From assembly GCA_028534125.1 (NCBI GenBank), contig CM052817.1:96908001-96972000 (forward strand): a DNA stretch of 64,000 nucleotides, in the 5' to 3' direction. A program made the position numbers and the translations under genes. This document shows positions 51,661 through 64,000 of this stretch, in pieces (within the stretch, counting starts at the first letter, position 1; each line of letters starts with the position of its first letter). The stretch is from Lama glama. Lineage: Eukaryota. The notes below the pieces were generated by a model that was given only the letters and a program-made list of their open reading frames with translations, was not told where the DNA came from and searched no databases.

Positions 51661-52212
51661 AAGGGTTTTCCCTTTTTAATAGTTTTTTTCATAGACCTCC
51701 AGTCCGTTCTGTGTGTTTTGTGTTTGTATGTGGCTTCTTTGGTACTTCTTGGGGTGGGTGTGGCAACAGCATTTAATTAAAACCACATGAGCCTGCAGCA
51801 TGACCTAGTGGTTCCTCTCTGACTGAAAACTTGATATTTGGATTTATTCCCCCTTCTCTACATAGGAGAAACAGCAGTATTTCATGAACGGAAGGAATGC
51901 TTTTGTAGGGGGGAGGGGGTTAGCTGTTACATCAGGCATTTAAATTTATTCACCATGAAATGTAATTGCATAGAATTCTGGAATCATATAAGAACAAACA
52001 GGGTGAGCTGGGAAATCTGTCCATTTAGAGTGTGTGGGCTAGTATACCTTGCATAGTATTGAACTCTGCCTAAGATTTTGTGCTGATTGATGCTAAGCAA
52101 ATATTAAGGTGATTTTTAAGATGGCCTTTCTAGGACAAAAGAAGGAAAAAAACTAAACGAGTTGAATTAAATGCGTTGCCACTTGTTTCATCCATTTGAG
52201 AAGCAGCAGCAT

Positions 52213-52400
52213 CTTTTTCTTTTTTTTCCGATTGCGGGATAGTTGATTTACAGTGTTGTTTCTGGTGTACAGCATAGTGATTCACTCATACATACACATA
52301 TATATTTTCAGATTCTTTTCCATTATAGGTTTTTGCAAGATACTGAATATAGTTCCCTGTGCTGTACCGTAGGACCTTGTTTATCTATTTTGTGTGTCGT
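52213..52400 (-). mobile_element. Short L1 3' end
   Basis: 'atagttgatttacagtgttgtttctggtgtacagcatagtgattc...gttccctgtgctgtaccgtaggaccttgtttatcta'. Confidence 0.8.
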
Positions 52401-52531
52401 ATAGCAGTGTCATTTCTTGTGTCCATTCTCTTCACTCTGGTTTCATCCCTGGAGCAGAAACTGCCAGATTCTCCACTATGAGAAATTCATTCCTTTTGAA
52501 ATATGATACCAATTAATGCTATTATCTTTTA

Positions 52532-52656
52532 AAAAAACATTTTTATTGAGTTATAATCATTTTACAATGTTGTGTCAAATTCCAGTGTAGAACACAATTT
52601 CCAGTGTTACACATGAACATACATGTTTTCATTGTCACATTTTTTTTCACTGTGAG
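52532..52656 (-). mobile_element. Very short young L1 3' end (distinct subfamily)
   Basis: 'ttttattgagttataatcattttacaatgttgtgtcaaattccagtgtag'; TSD taatgctattatctttta (52514-52531) / taatgttattatctttta (52657-52674). Confidence 0.8.
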
Positions 52657-52730
52657 TAATGTTATTATCTTTTACCAAATTACTCTCTTTAGCACTGGTG
52701 TTTTTTTTCTTTCAACTTTTTTGAGGTATA

Positions 52731-52952
52731 CAGTTGACTCTTGGACAACAGTAGTTTGAACTGCATGAGTCCACTTAGACACAGATTTTTTTCCCCAAGA
52801 AATACTTAACTACAGTACTAAATGGTCTGTGGTTAGTTGAATCTGAGCATACAGAATCCTATGTGGAGAGCTGATTTTAAAGTTATATGCAGATTTTTGA
52901 TGGCCCAGGGGTCAGCACCCCAAACCCCTCATGTTGTTCAGAGGTCAACCAT
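52731..52952. mobile_element. Tigger2a-like element inserted at a TA inside an old L1 3' end (~52700-53030)
   Basis: TIR-like ends cagttgactcttggacaaca / tgttgttcagaggtcaacc; flanks join as 'ttttttgaggtata|attcacaaataaaattgtaagata'. Confidence 0.75.
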
Positions 52953-53453
52953 AATTCACAAATAAAATTGTAAGATACTTAAAGTATGCAGCCCAGTGAT
53001 TTGATGTATACATTATGAAATAATTTCCCCTAGCATTGATATATTTGGTAAGACTAGTTGAAGCAGGTGGTAACCTGCTGTTGATGTAGATGGTAACTAG
53101 TCGAAGAATGGTAACCTGGTAGGGGTATAGGAAAAAGAAAAGGAATGTTGATAGGGTTGGTGAGACAGCTGAAAAGATAAATGATGTGTTTATCTCTTGA
53201 CTAAGTGGATTGGGGTGGGGAGTAGGGTGTGTTGTTACTAATCAAAGAACAGATACCTGTTACTCACCTACTCTCTCTTGCATTGCTAGGAATTTGAACA
53301 GCTTTTTAACCATTGAGACAAGACCTAAACTTTGATATAAACATAAGCACAAGGGAAGTAAAATCAGAGTTAACCCAACTAATGATATGATATAAAAACA
53401 GAAGATCCATAATAAGGATGTGTAAGATTTACTGCAAGTTGGATCCTAGAGAA

Positions 53454-53795
53454 CAGTGGCTCTCAACTCTCACTGTGCATTAGAATCAAATGGGAAACTT
53501 AAAGAAAAAAACACTGATGCCTTAACAAAAAGATTGATTGTATTCTACTGGCTTTGGGATGGAGTCTGGATGTTGGTATTTTTGAGAGCTCCCAGGATGG
53601 CTCTAGCATGCAGCCAGGTTTGAGAATAACTGGGATGGGCCATGAATTCAGCCTTACATAGGAAGTGATTACTGACCTTTCGGGAATCAGAATTACCTGG
53701 GGTGCTCATTAAAAATGCAGTTTCCTGGTCTTCACTCAAATTTTGTTCTGGGTCTGTTGCAGTGTCTTGGGCTCCCATTTGAGAAACCCTACAGT
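53454..53795. mobile_element. Two MER5A-like hAT elements
   Basis: 'cagtggctctcaact...gcattagaatca...gcagccaggtttgagaataactg' and 'gaatcagaattacctggggtgctcattaaaaatgcagtttcctgg'. Confidence 0.6.
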
Positions 53796-56700
53796 GGGTG
53801 TAGAATACTGGGTCATGGGATCACTGGGCACTGAATGGGGCTGGACAGGTTTCATGGGAAGTGGGGCATGAGCAAGTGTCTGAGTAACTAGGATGCAGAA
53901 GATGAATGGGTGGGAGAGTAGAAGGTGTATCAGTCATGGATAGAGTTGGTTTTGGTAGAGGAGGTGTGAGAGATGAGGTTGGGAAGGGAGAGGGCTTTCA
54001 GTGCCACATTAGGGAGCTTAAGTTTTGCATCATTAGTCTGGGGGAGAACTGAGTTTGGAGAGCCTGGCCTGAGCGTGCCCTGAGCAAGTCAGGTCAGTAA
54101 ACATATCCAGAGGGTAGATGTCCTCAACACTAGAAGTGGTGGGTATATGGGAGGTGACTTGGGAATAATGACTGATTACACATCAGCTCCCATGAAATAA
54201 TAAGAGTGACCCTTGAGCTCAGACCCTCTAAATTTGGAATCAGTTAAGTCAGCAAACATTTATTAAGTGCCCTTTGTGTGGCAGATATGCTGAAGAAGTC
54301 TAGGTTATTTTCTCAAAGCACACTAGACTGCTTTGCTGGTAACACATTTATGTAATTCCTGCAGATTCCCCAGACCCCAGTCCATCAGACCAGGGAGAGA
54401 AATAGCAACTGTGATTCTTCCTTCTGCACAGACTCTAATATCATGGGCATGGCTCATTGGAAATGGTTTGCTCAGGACTATCTTTAGAGTTTTTGATGAT
54501 CTTGATTTGACAAACACAGTTGTTTGGTGTTGGAAATATGACCAGAGTAATCCTGGAAGGCTGGTGGTTCATTGAGAGTGTTTTAAAAATACATTTTTGG
54601 CCATGGAACTCTTTGAATCGCTAATAAAAGCAAGAGCTGCCTTTCTACAAAAATGCATAGGTGCGTGTAATCTCACTTATAATTTTAGGCCTTTTAACTG
54701 TTCTGAAGTCAGTTCAGAACCCCTGTAGCGATCATAGACTCCAAGTTAACGCATCAAATAGACTGTGGAATAACTGTGATGTCACTTAGGTTTCAGGAGA
54801 CTGGAGAAATAACAGCCGTCCCGGACATTTTCGGTTCTTTCAGTTACTAGCCATAATTCATCATGACATATGAGTAATTCAGTATCTATTTAGCAAATAG
54901 TTTTTGAATGAAGCTTACATAGGCCACAGCCAAGTTGTTTCTCTAGCATCATACTATAGTTAAGTACACGTCAGAACAGGTGTGTGTGGGTGTGTATGTG
55001 TGTGTGAGTCACTGTGTCACGTGCATTTGCACTCCTGACATGCTGGAGAGTAAGGGGCGTGTCTTTTGTTGGGTCTTCTGCAGTAGCACACGACGTAACG
55101 ATTTAATCCAGCAATTCCCAATGTGTTTTCGGAGGGAGTGCTGGTACAAGGGAAAGGATGTCCGTGAAAACAGTATTTGGAGAAAACATTGTTCTGTAGC
55201 TCATGACGTGTTCTGTCCTGTCTTGGAGTTACATTGTCCATGTGATTATATTAAAGGAAGTCGGGCAGTAAAAAAGCTCGTTTAGCGCTGTTTAAACCCA
55301 TCGATTCCCAAGTTTATTTAACCAGGACCTCTCTTCTCAAAAAAGTCTTTAACGTCTCGAAGATAAATACTGCAAAATCCTAATTGAACCTATTGTAATC
55401 AGAGTTGTCAGCATGAAATATAGAGGAAGACTTAACGTGTGTGAGCTGCAGACTTGACTTTTCTTTTTAACCCACATGGAAGGAATTACGTAGGCGGTCT
55501 GGTTGAGAACTGAGTCTCCCTGCAGATCTAGCATCAGAATTTTGAATAACATTGTGAGATGACTGAGATCTACCTGTCAGTCCCTTAAAAATTTGTTTAA
55601 AAAAAGCTACATTTGTTCCCATGAAAGAAGACAGAATATATCAAGAGGTTATCAACAATCATGTTGAAAATGAAATGAAAAACTTGACAGTTTCCCTTCT
55701 ACTAACCTCTGGCTTTTGCTCAACTGGAGTCTTTTCTCCTCAGCACAAATTGCAAATTTGAAAACAATCCTGATAGGATGGAGGAGCAGGGAAGAACATA
55801 TTTGAAAACTCAAGGGAATGGTTCTTAAATAATGACAGATAAATTAGAGTGCTGTATGTATGAAGGAGCACAGATAAATGATTATAGAGTGTGAAGGATT
55901 TTACACCTGAATATACTGGGGGAGTAACTCCCCCCACCCCGAAATGATATGTCTTGAGGCGTGAAATGTGTAGTTGATGGATTATTTCTTCTTAATAGTT
56001 TATTCGTGAACTATCTCAGGCCGATTTTCAAACATTTAATTGATTAAATCACGTATCAAGCGTGGGATGAACATCTGTAATGGACTGGCCAGTACCCTGG
56101 CTGCTGACTTTTCGGGGAAGCACAGATGATGGCTCCTGCCCTTCATAATCTTGGCGGTAGTTGCTTCCTCGATGCCGTTTTCCTCTGGGTGGCATCTCTT
56201 TCCTCTCGGGGCCCTCTCTTCTGCAAACTCCTTCAGTCCCCCAGTTCCATCCGCTGTTGCTTCTGACTCTTGGGAGCTGAATTTCAGCCTGAATGAGTCA
56301 TGAAGAGGAGCACGGAAATACTTATTTTGCTTTCTTGTATTGTAAAATGCTTCTTGATGGTTTTCAGTGTCTGGAAACATGGTAAACCTATTGCCAAGTA
56401 ATCCTAAAGGATCCCCATTAACTTCAAGTTAAAGACTCATTGGTGACTTCCTTGCCAATTCCTTATTCCTATCACAGCCATCTTCCCAGTTAAGAAAAAG
56501 TCATTTAAGTTTTGGATTTAATGAAATTTTACTTACTGAATTTTCTCAGAGCAAGAGACTTGAGCATATTCTTGTAATGAAATTGTTGAGTCCGAGACCT
56601 CTGCCAAGTTTTCCATTTTTTCAAAAAAATATATTTGCCATTTTTCAGCTGAAATGGGAGATAGAAACTATAGAACTGAATGATGTCAACTTTTATATTT

Positions 56701-58081
56701 TTGAACGTTTAAATCTAAATACTTAAGTACTTAGAAGTGGGGAAAGTAAATGATACAGTGGTAATATCATTATTGCTTTGAAGACTAAGGTACCGATAAT
56801 CTGTTTCAGTGATGAGGCATTATAGTTATTCTGGTCTTTAGGGAAATTACTCAGTAACTGTTCTTCAGGAAGAAAGGAAAAATGAGTTATCCATTGTGGC
56901 CCATGATTTTTAAACTTCAGATAAACCCCTAATTAGAAAATAAGTATAAATTTTATAGGTTTCTAGATTCTTATATGTCCTTATTCTGTATTGTTTTAAT
57001 CCTATTACAAACATTAAGAATAAACCATGCATAGAGTCTCTTTCAAATGCAGGTCACAGGGCTTCTCTTTACATGGTAAGTTCCATATTAGCTGGCATTG
57101 TTACCCTGGAATTTCCATAAGTTGGGGTTCTTTCTACAGCAGTGATTAATGCTTATAATGACTGCCCTGAGGATCCACAAAACCCTCTTGAGTCATCAAA
57201 GATTAAATTATATTCAGTCTGGCTTTCATGTCACATATTTATTGTCCTCTAATTTGTTTGAAAATTGAGAATCCGTGATTTTTTTTCCCCCTTGGTTGAA
57301 CGCCCCATTTCCTGATTGTTTCACCTGAGAAACCATGGGATGCTATCGTGGAACCTGTTTGCCTTTGTCACCCTGGTTAAAAACCCAGTGTCTGGAATTA
57401 CAAAATGTCTTGGGTGAAGAAAAGAGAGGAGACTGCAGTGACTCCCACCTCTCCCTAACTGAGGAGCGTGGAGCCCGGCTTTGGTCTGAGAAGGATTAAA
57501 ATAGGGGTATTGAAAAGTCATCCCGTCTTTGGTGCACGTCTTCCAGATGACAAGTAAGGTCCTGAGGAAAGCGGGGTGGGGGGAATGAATTACTGTGTGG
57601 CTGTCACCTTTGATTGCACAGACTTGGGTCTTGCAGGAGCCTGTCCTAACTCTCCAGCCTAACCTCTCTGTCCTTGTCCTCCTTTAGGCCGGGTCATCAC
57701 CGGGTCTCACCTGCGCCATGTCTTTAATCATGTAATTAAGGCCTTTCCCAGTTCAATTTTTAACTTAACTCTAATCCAAAGAATTGCCGATACAGTAGGC
57801 TTTGTCTATCACAGCCCTTGGGAATTGTAGCCCGTGCCACGGCTGTGTATCTCCGCATCCTGTGTTCGGGGTATAGTCATTAGTATAGTCGTATAGTGCC
57901 TTTAAAGAATAGCCAGCATTGACTGAGCACTTGCTTTGTGCCAGGCTAACTGCTCGACCTGGAAAGAGTAGTTTGGATTTTGACCTGGATTCAAGTTGCA
58001 GCTTTCCACATACTAGCTGTGTGACCTTGATCAAAGTTACTCAGCGTCTCTGAGCCCCACTGTCTTTTTGTGGATAGCAGT

Positions 58082-58448
58082 TGTGTTAGTCCACTATGGT
58101 GGCCATAGCAAAGCACCAGACTGTGTGGTTGAAGCAGCACAGGTTTGTTTTCCCACAGTCCTGGAGGCTAGCTGTCCAGGGTCAAGGTGTCTGCGTGGGT
58201 TTCTCAGTGGCCTCTCTCCTTGGCTTGTTCATAGATACTGCCTTCCCTCTGTGTGTGTGTGTGTGTGTCTGTCCCAGTCGTCAAGGACCCCAGTCATACT
58301 GGAGTAGGGCCCTCTCTGATGACCTCATTTTACCTTAGTTACCTTTTTAAAGACCCTGTCTCTGAATGGACAGCAGTCACATTCTGAGGTGCCAGGAGTA
58401 AAGACATCAACATGTGAATTTCGGGGGAATAATTTGCAGCCCAGAATA
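58082..58448. mobile_element. MaLR solo LTR (MLT1A/B-like) nested in a MIR
   Basis: 'cacagtcctggaggctag...gacctcattttaccttagttacctttttaaagaccctgtctc...gtcacattctgaggt'; 5-bp TSD gcagt at 58077-58081 and 58449-58453. Confidence 0.85.
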
Positions 58449-60574
58449 GCAGTGAAAATATGTGCTCAAGTCTCGTACTGTTGTGAGGATTAAATGAAAT
58501 AATCTATGCAAAGGCTTCGCCCAGGAGCTGAGGGGCCACTTGGTGTTAACCTTTTCGCTACAGAGGGGGTGGCACCTTGGCTTCTTTATATTCCATCCAA
58601 GTAGGAACAGTAAACGTTGGTGGGATTGTGTTTTGAATATCTATTTCCCTATGAATCGCATTCTCTTTTACCTCCATCCGCGCAGCCAGGGGCGTGATTG
58701 GCTTCATGGCTACTTGTGATCTCTCCCGGGTGGTGGGTTCTCTGCATCTGCTCCCTGCCCGCCTGGGCATCATTTCTGCTTTTAAGCCAAGTCAGGCTCT
58801 CCTGTCCTTCCAGTTGGCAGGCACGCTTGAGACTTCTCCAGAGGACAGCCCTGGACCTCAAGTCCTCTGTCCCTAGATTCTTGCACTGTTTCCCTCTGGC
58901 CGTGGTGCGGGTCTGCCAGCGGGCGCTTTTCAAATGTCATGGTTAGTATTTTTTGGACCTCCGCTGTTTTTCCTCCTCACTTGGCTGCACGTTTTTCCCC
59001 CACCACAGTTCTACACCCGGCTTGGAGGTGTAGGACCAGGTTGGGTAGGAGAGTGAGGAAGAATGAGGCCAGGATTAGGCCTCAGTTTCAGTTCAGACCT
59101 GCACCCCGTGGCCTGGGCCTCACGGTGAGTGAGCTGTAATCCCTCCCAGTACGTTCTCTTGCAGGATCATGTCCGGCAAGGTTAGCAAGCATTTATCACC
59201 CAGAGAATTCCAAACACACACACACGAGTTTCAGATCTTAGGCTGTAAGCTGCTCGGCCCCCAAGTCATTGTGCATGTTTACGTCTAGGAGAGAACACGT
59301 CTCTCCTAAAATGTCATTTTAGAAAGCTTTTGCAGGCGTTTTCGTGATTCACGCAGAGGAGTTTCCCAGAGTGTGCTCTCTCAGGCTGAGAAGGGTTATT
59401 ACTAAAAGGAGTTTTCCAACTGGAGCTTGGTTTTCTGAAAGCTATTCTTGGTGTGGTGGATGAGGACAGCTGTTCATCTCTTACTATTTCAGTTTGAGTC
59501 ACTGGGTGGGCGGAACTGATTAGAATTCCAAAAGCAATACATGCAGGCGGTGAGGTGGGACTCTTTTGGAATATGCTAGGGGAGATTTTTGACAGAACGA
59601 CATTCTGCAGTTAAACGGTAAAATGAACCCTTTATGTACAAAGTACCTGAAGAAAGGTCTTTTGCATTTTGCCTTCGTTTTCTTTTTTGGTTGGTGGAAG
59701 GGACCCTTTTCTCCTTGTATTAAGGAACTGTTAAAATATATTGTCAAGAAAGCCTTCTTTGAAAACATTTAAAATAATGTTTCCCTCCCCAAAACAGGTT
59801 AATTTATTGTGGGTTAATGTGACCTGATTTTCATGAATGTCCCTTTATCCAGACAAGGCATTATGATTTTTTTTCTTTTAAACACTTTACAAAGCTTTAT
59901 AAGTAATCTCACCCAGTTTATCGCACGTTTAAATTGTGCTCCATCTCGTGTACCACTTGGGAAGAGAAGTTATATTTATTGAGTGGAAAGTAGCTTTCGA
60001 GCTGGCTAAAATAAACATCCCTTGGAATGTTCCCCAGCATAATAAAAAAGGCAGCTGAAGGCTTCATGGTTTAGGATTCCGGCTGCCCAGTGACAGCTTG
60101 GGAAGCAGTGTTATGTTTTAAAGTTTGTATTAGGAATCCACTTACGTCCATATGTGGGCTTGACACATTCTGAGTTACGACATCAATTGACCTTGTAATG
60201 TTTTGCAGTCTGTGGTTTCCAGGTTGCTCTGATGTCATCAGCAAGGTTTTAAAAAAATGGATCTGTTTTTCACCGGCGAAGTTTAGAATGGTCTTTTAAA
60301 AAGCATGCCCTCCGGATGATACACGCCATCGATCAAAAGTAGAACAGTGGGGAGTCCCTGTGGGCTAAGGAGGGGAGAGGAGTCTTGGTTCTCCACCTCA
60401 GGTCTTCAGGATGTGAGTCAGCACTTTAAGAACCTGGACAGCTCTGAAAAGGAGGCACATTCTCCAGCTCCTGTCAGCCCCTTGATAGGATTATTTCCTC
60501 TTCTCCATCCTTGAGTCCTTGATCAAATCTAGAGCATAGCGTGAAGTAGATCTTGAAGCCACTTGTGAAGTAGC

Positions 60575-60835
60575 ACCTCTGGTTAGGAGCACGGACTTGA
60601 GAACCTGATCACCTGGGTGGTTCACACCTGGTCCTGCCCACCCTTCTGGCTGTGTGGTCTTGAGCAAGCTATGTACTAACCTTCCTGTGCCCTCGTGTCC
60701 TTTGCTGTCGAATGGGCATCATAGTCGTATTCATAGGGTCGCTGAGAGAATGAAACACGTTAGCGTATGTGAGGCATTCAGGATGGTGCCCGGTGCTCGG
60801 GTCGCCCTGTGTTTCAGTGTCGAATGTTATTACCA
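60575..60835 (+). mobile_element. MIR SINE
   Basis: 'tggttaggagcacggacttgaga...ggctgtgtggtcttgagcaag...aaccttcctgtgcctcg...tcatagggtcgctgagagaatgaaa'. Confidence 0.7.
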
Positions 60836-63609
60836 TCTTAGCGCATGTTAAGTTCCCATATTTGACCCTTGTCAGACCAGGTTCTTTCTCTATTCCTGAC
60901 CTAATTTGTCAGAGGTTCTCCAGCTGAAATCTAAGCTCCCCAGGCTAAGCAAGCATGAAGTCTTCCTCCCAGTGGAACCTTTGTGGCAGAATTTGTTTCT
61001 GCAGGTATCTGATGTTGTTGGACGCGTTTGGTTTGTGTGCACGAGTGTGTAATTGGACAACGTCACCTGGGCTTGTGTCTGTAGGGTTAAAAGTGTGTCT
61101 TTAGGATAAGGCTGTTAAGGGTGACTTTGAGGTCAAAGGTGAGTTTTTTTTTTTTCTTCAAAATCTTTCTCCTTCTAGTTCGCTGCCTTCTGTAACGTAT
61201 TTAATTTTTTTTTAACCTTTGAGGCTCAGCCTCTTTATTTCCTGCGACTTTATTCTGTGGGATAGTGACCACCCGGGAGCTAGCTTGCTCTTATGTGCTG
61301 TGGGAGCTTGCATAACATTCAGACAGTGCTTCTAACCAGCCACTTACGTGTGTTTTACTTTTTCCCTTGGGCTTGTGTAAAGAGGTAGAGACAAGGTAAA
61401 CATTTCGGCATTTACTGAGCCCTTGCAGGACTCAGAGCTGATGTAAGCAGCAGTCCTGGTGTCTTCTCCCTGCGAACACTTTGCCGTAGTTCTTTCCTCC
61501 TTTATGGTCCTTAACGGCTGTCCACATCCTCACTTAATGGAGACCAGGTGCAAAGCTTTCATCCCTCCTGCTGGCCAGTCCTGAGCCCTGTAGAAATAAA
61601 GGGGCCTGCTCTTTGCTGCTCCGCCTCCATCTCAGGCGGATGGAGATGGCCTCCCTGCAGGGGCTGGGTGTGCAGATGGGAACTTGCTGGAGGAAAGCAC
61701 TGCCTGTTGGCTAGGGCTGGCCTGAGGACCAGTGATGGGCAAGACCTTTTCTCTGAGCCCCATCCAGGTCTACACCTTGTTCTCACATGTGCTGCTGCAT
61801 TGTAACAAGGAGCAGTCAGAGGGAGAAGGGTGGTGATTACCGTTAGTTCCCTGGGTTCCTGTCTCCATTTTGTTCACCTAGAAGACCGAGCGGAAATATG
61901 GGCAGATCCCAGGCTGGCCTGGGTTGGAATTCTGGCTCTGTCACCTACTCTGTTACTACAGGTAAATAACTCACACTGAGCCTTAGCTTTCTCCTCTGGA
62001 GCAGGAGGAATCTGATGTCTCCTGCACATGTGGAGGGTGGAGACAAGCCTGTGGAATGCAGCACGCCTGGGTAGTCGCAGACAGTGATGATGAAGGTGTT
62101 CACATTGATGGAGGGCTTGCCAGGTTCCAGGTCTTGTCCTGAGATGTCTGTAGTGTATCTTCTCAGGGGGGCCTCACCACCACTGCGTCTGTTTTGCACG
62201 TGAGGGCGCTGAGGCACGGAAAAGTGAATGCGTTGAACCTGTTGGCGCTGAAGCTCGGATTTGATTCCAGGCACTCCAAAGTTTGCTTCTGCAGTTGTCC
62301 GGTTGGATAACTTTTTGGCAGTTTCTGAGACTTTTGATATTATAGAAACTATAGCTGCTTCCCGATTCTTAGTTTTTGTGTAACACTTCCCTGAGTAGTA
62401 GCTTCCCCTTCTGTGGACCCACTGGTGAGCCGCAGATACAACCTACAGAGATAAGAAAACTGTCCCTTCGCAGATGCGACGGAAAGGAAGCGTATTTCTC
62501 CCCTCGGAGACCACGGGTGGTATGCAGACTGGGCGTCGTTGTTCCAGAACTTTCGATGAGCCTCCAGCCCCTTCTGCCTCCCTGTGCGTTTTTGCTCTGA
62601 GTTGTGCATGAGGCCTGAGAGGGAGTGGCTGCCCTGGGTCCGGGAATGTGCGTTGGAGCCCTGACTGTTTCTTATCTGCTGTGAGGTTCAGATGACACGT
62701 GGTTCGTTCTGGTCCTGCTAAGCAGTTTAGGGACTTTTGCCAGGGCACGGTGACAGCTTTAGGGTGGCTTCTCCGTGTGCGAGAGCAAGTCTGCTCTCTC
62801 CCCGCGTGGCCCCACGAGGCTTTGGGGGTAGGCGTTTGGCTGTGTTCCTCACTGACCAGTCCAGCAAACCTCGGGCCGGCTTGAGCCTGGCAGTGGAAAG
62901 CTCGGTGATGCTCTCATAAGCTGTCGTAATACGTTTTCTCCTTTTGGACCTGAGTGTGTGTTTATACTCAGCTGCGTCAAGGTGGATGTGCCAGCTTGGA
63001 GTTTCAACTCCGGATCCAAGTCTGTTTACGAACCATTAGGAAATTGGATTTTCTTGCTTTGCCAGTTGAATGCAGGTTCGTGGGGCTTGATGGAATTGTC
63101 TGGCGAGTGTGTGTTTTCCAGCCTTGGCCTCATGGTGAACCTAAGGCTTGGAGATGGAGCCTTCCTGGTAGCTGGGCTGGTCTGTGAATCACACTGACTG
63201 GGCCCCGGGGCTGATTCACGGGTGTGTCACTTCCACCTGTGTCTGCACGCCGCCTCTGGTGGGGACCTGTTTCTTCTCTAAATAGTAAATGAACTGGGAG
63301 GAATGGGGGAGTGTACTTTTTGTTTGTTTGTTTTATTACTCTGAGTAACACACGTGAAGTTACACATTGGAGCCTGTATTGGTACAACAATAGTTTCTAA
63401 AAACTAGATTCTACTTGCTGTCGGTGGGGAGATATCTTGATAAATGGGAACCAAAGAGGAGTTTGCAGGTCCAGCCAGTGTGTGGTTCCCCTTCATCGCA
63501 ATCTGATGAAAGGAACCCAATTAGGTAATAGAGTCCAAGTAAGTCCTGCTGCCGGTCTTCCAGTTGCTTATAGCTCAGGCAGAGATGTAAGTGAGGTTAA
63601 AAATAACAC

Positions 63610-63700
63610 GGGGGAGGGTAGGCATAGCCCAGTGGTAGAGTGTGTGCATAGCATGCACAAGGTCCTGGGTTCAATCCCCACTACTTCCATTAAAAAAAAA
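63610..63700 (+). mobile_element. Camelid tRNA-derived SINE (Vic-1-like)
   Basis: 'gggggagggtaggcatagcccagtggtagagtgtgtgcatagcatgcacaaggtcctgggttcaatcccc' plus A-tail; TSD aaaaataacac / aaaaatgacat. Confidence 0.88.
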
Positions 63701-64000
63701 TGACATAGGTTTGTAACAGGCAATAAGAGGACAAAATAGTTTGAAATAAATGCATCTGTAGCCTCTGAGCCTGGCTTAGACATGCTTTTGTGTGCCTGTG
63801 TGTGTGTGTGTGTTTGGATTTAAACATGGACTGAGGAAAGTTGGTGTCATCTGCCAATGACAGATGTTACCATTCTTGATAGGAAATGGGTCTCTTTTGT
63901 CCCTCACATCACCTGGTCTAGTGTTAACTGTGAGACTCTGGAGGAAATCAAGCATGCATGGTGTATACAGTGGGCTACAACTCTTCAACCTGGGGCTTGA

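Larger units (their letters stand above)
25334..64000 (+). other. ARHGAP10: ARHGAP10 intron 1 (continues beyond window)
   Basis: GT donor at 25334; no sequence for the next BAR-domain exon recognised; repeat-rich. Confidence 0.8.

Noticed and set aside
56036..56380. 114-aa ATG-initiated ORF on the - strand with a plausible composition
   Set aside because: No recognisable family, promoter or splice context; within chance expectation. A BLASTP/TBLASTN hit would reopen it.
1..64000. CRISPR arrays, operons or other prokaryotic-type systems
   Set aside because: Eukaryotic intronic/intergenic DNA; no regularly spaced direct-repeat array or gene-dense region.

Overview
Mammalian genomic DNA, most likely camelid (Vicugna/Camelus), judged from five copies of a tRNA-derived SINE resembling Vic-1 and the L1 3' ends. 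The only live gene supported is ARHGAP10 (GRAF2): a CpG-island promoter and coding exon 1 at 25180-25333 (+). The rest of the window is intron 1; exon 2 was not seen. Upstream lies a full-length, decayed processed pseudogene of GHITM (- strand) that splits a Charlie1a-like hAT transposon. The remainder is a typical eutherian repeat landscape (L1, L2, CR1/L3, MIR, MaLR/ERVL/ERV1 LTRs, Tigger2, MER20/5/33). I found no new protein-coding system. The most unusual signals are retrotransposition products: two TSD-bounded chimeras with an L1 piece 5' of a different polyadenylated sequence, a polyadenylated LTR-end retrocopy nested in an L1, and a 33-bp micro-inversion. Repeat family names come from recalled consensus sequences, not a database search, and boundaries are approximate unless TSDs are given.
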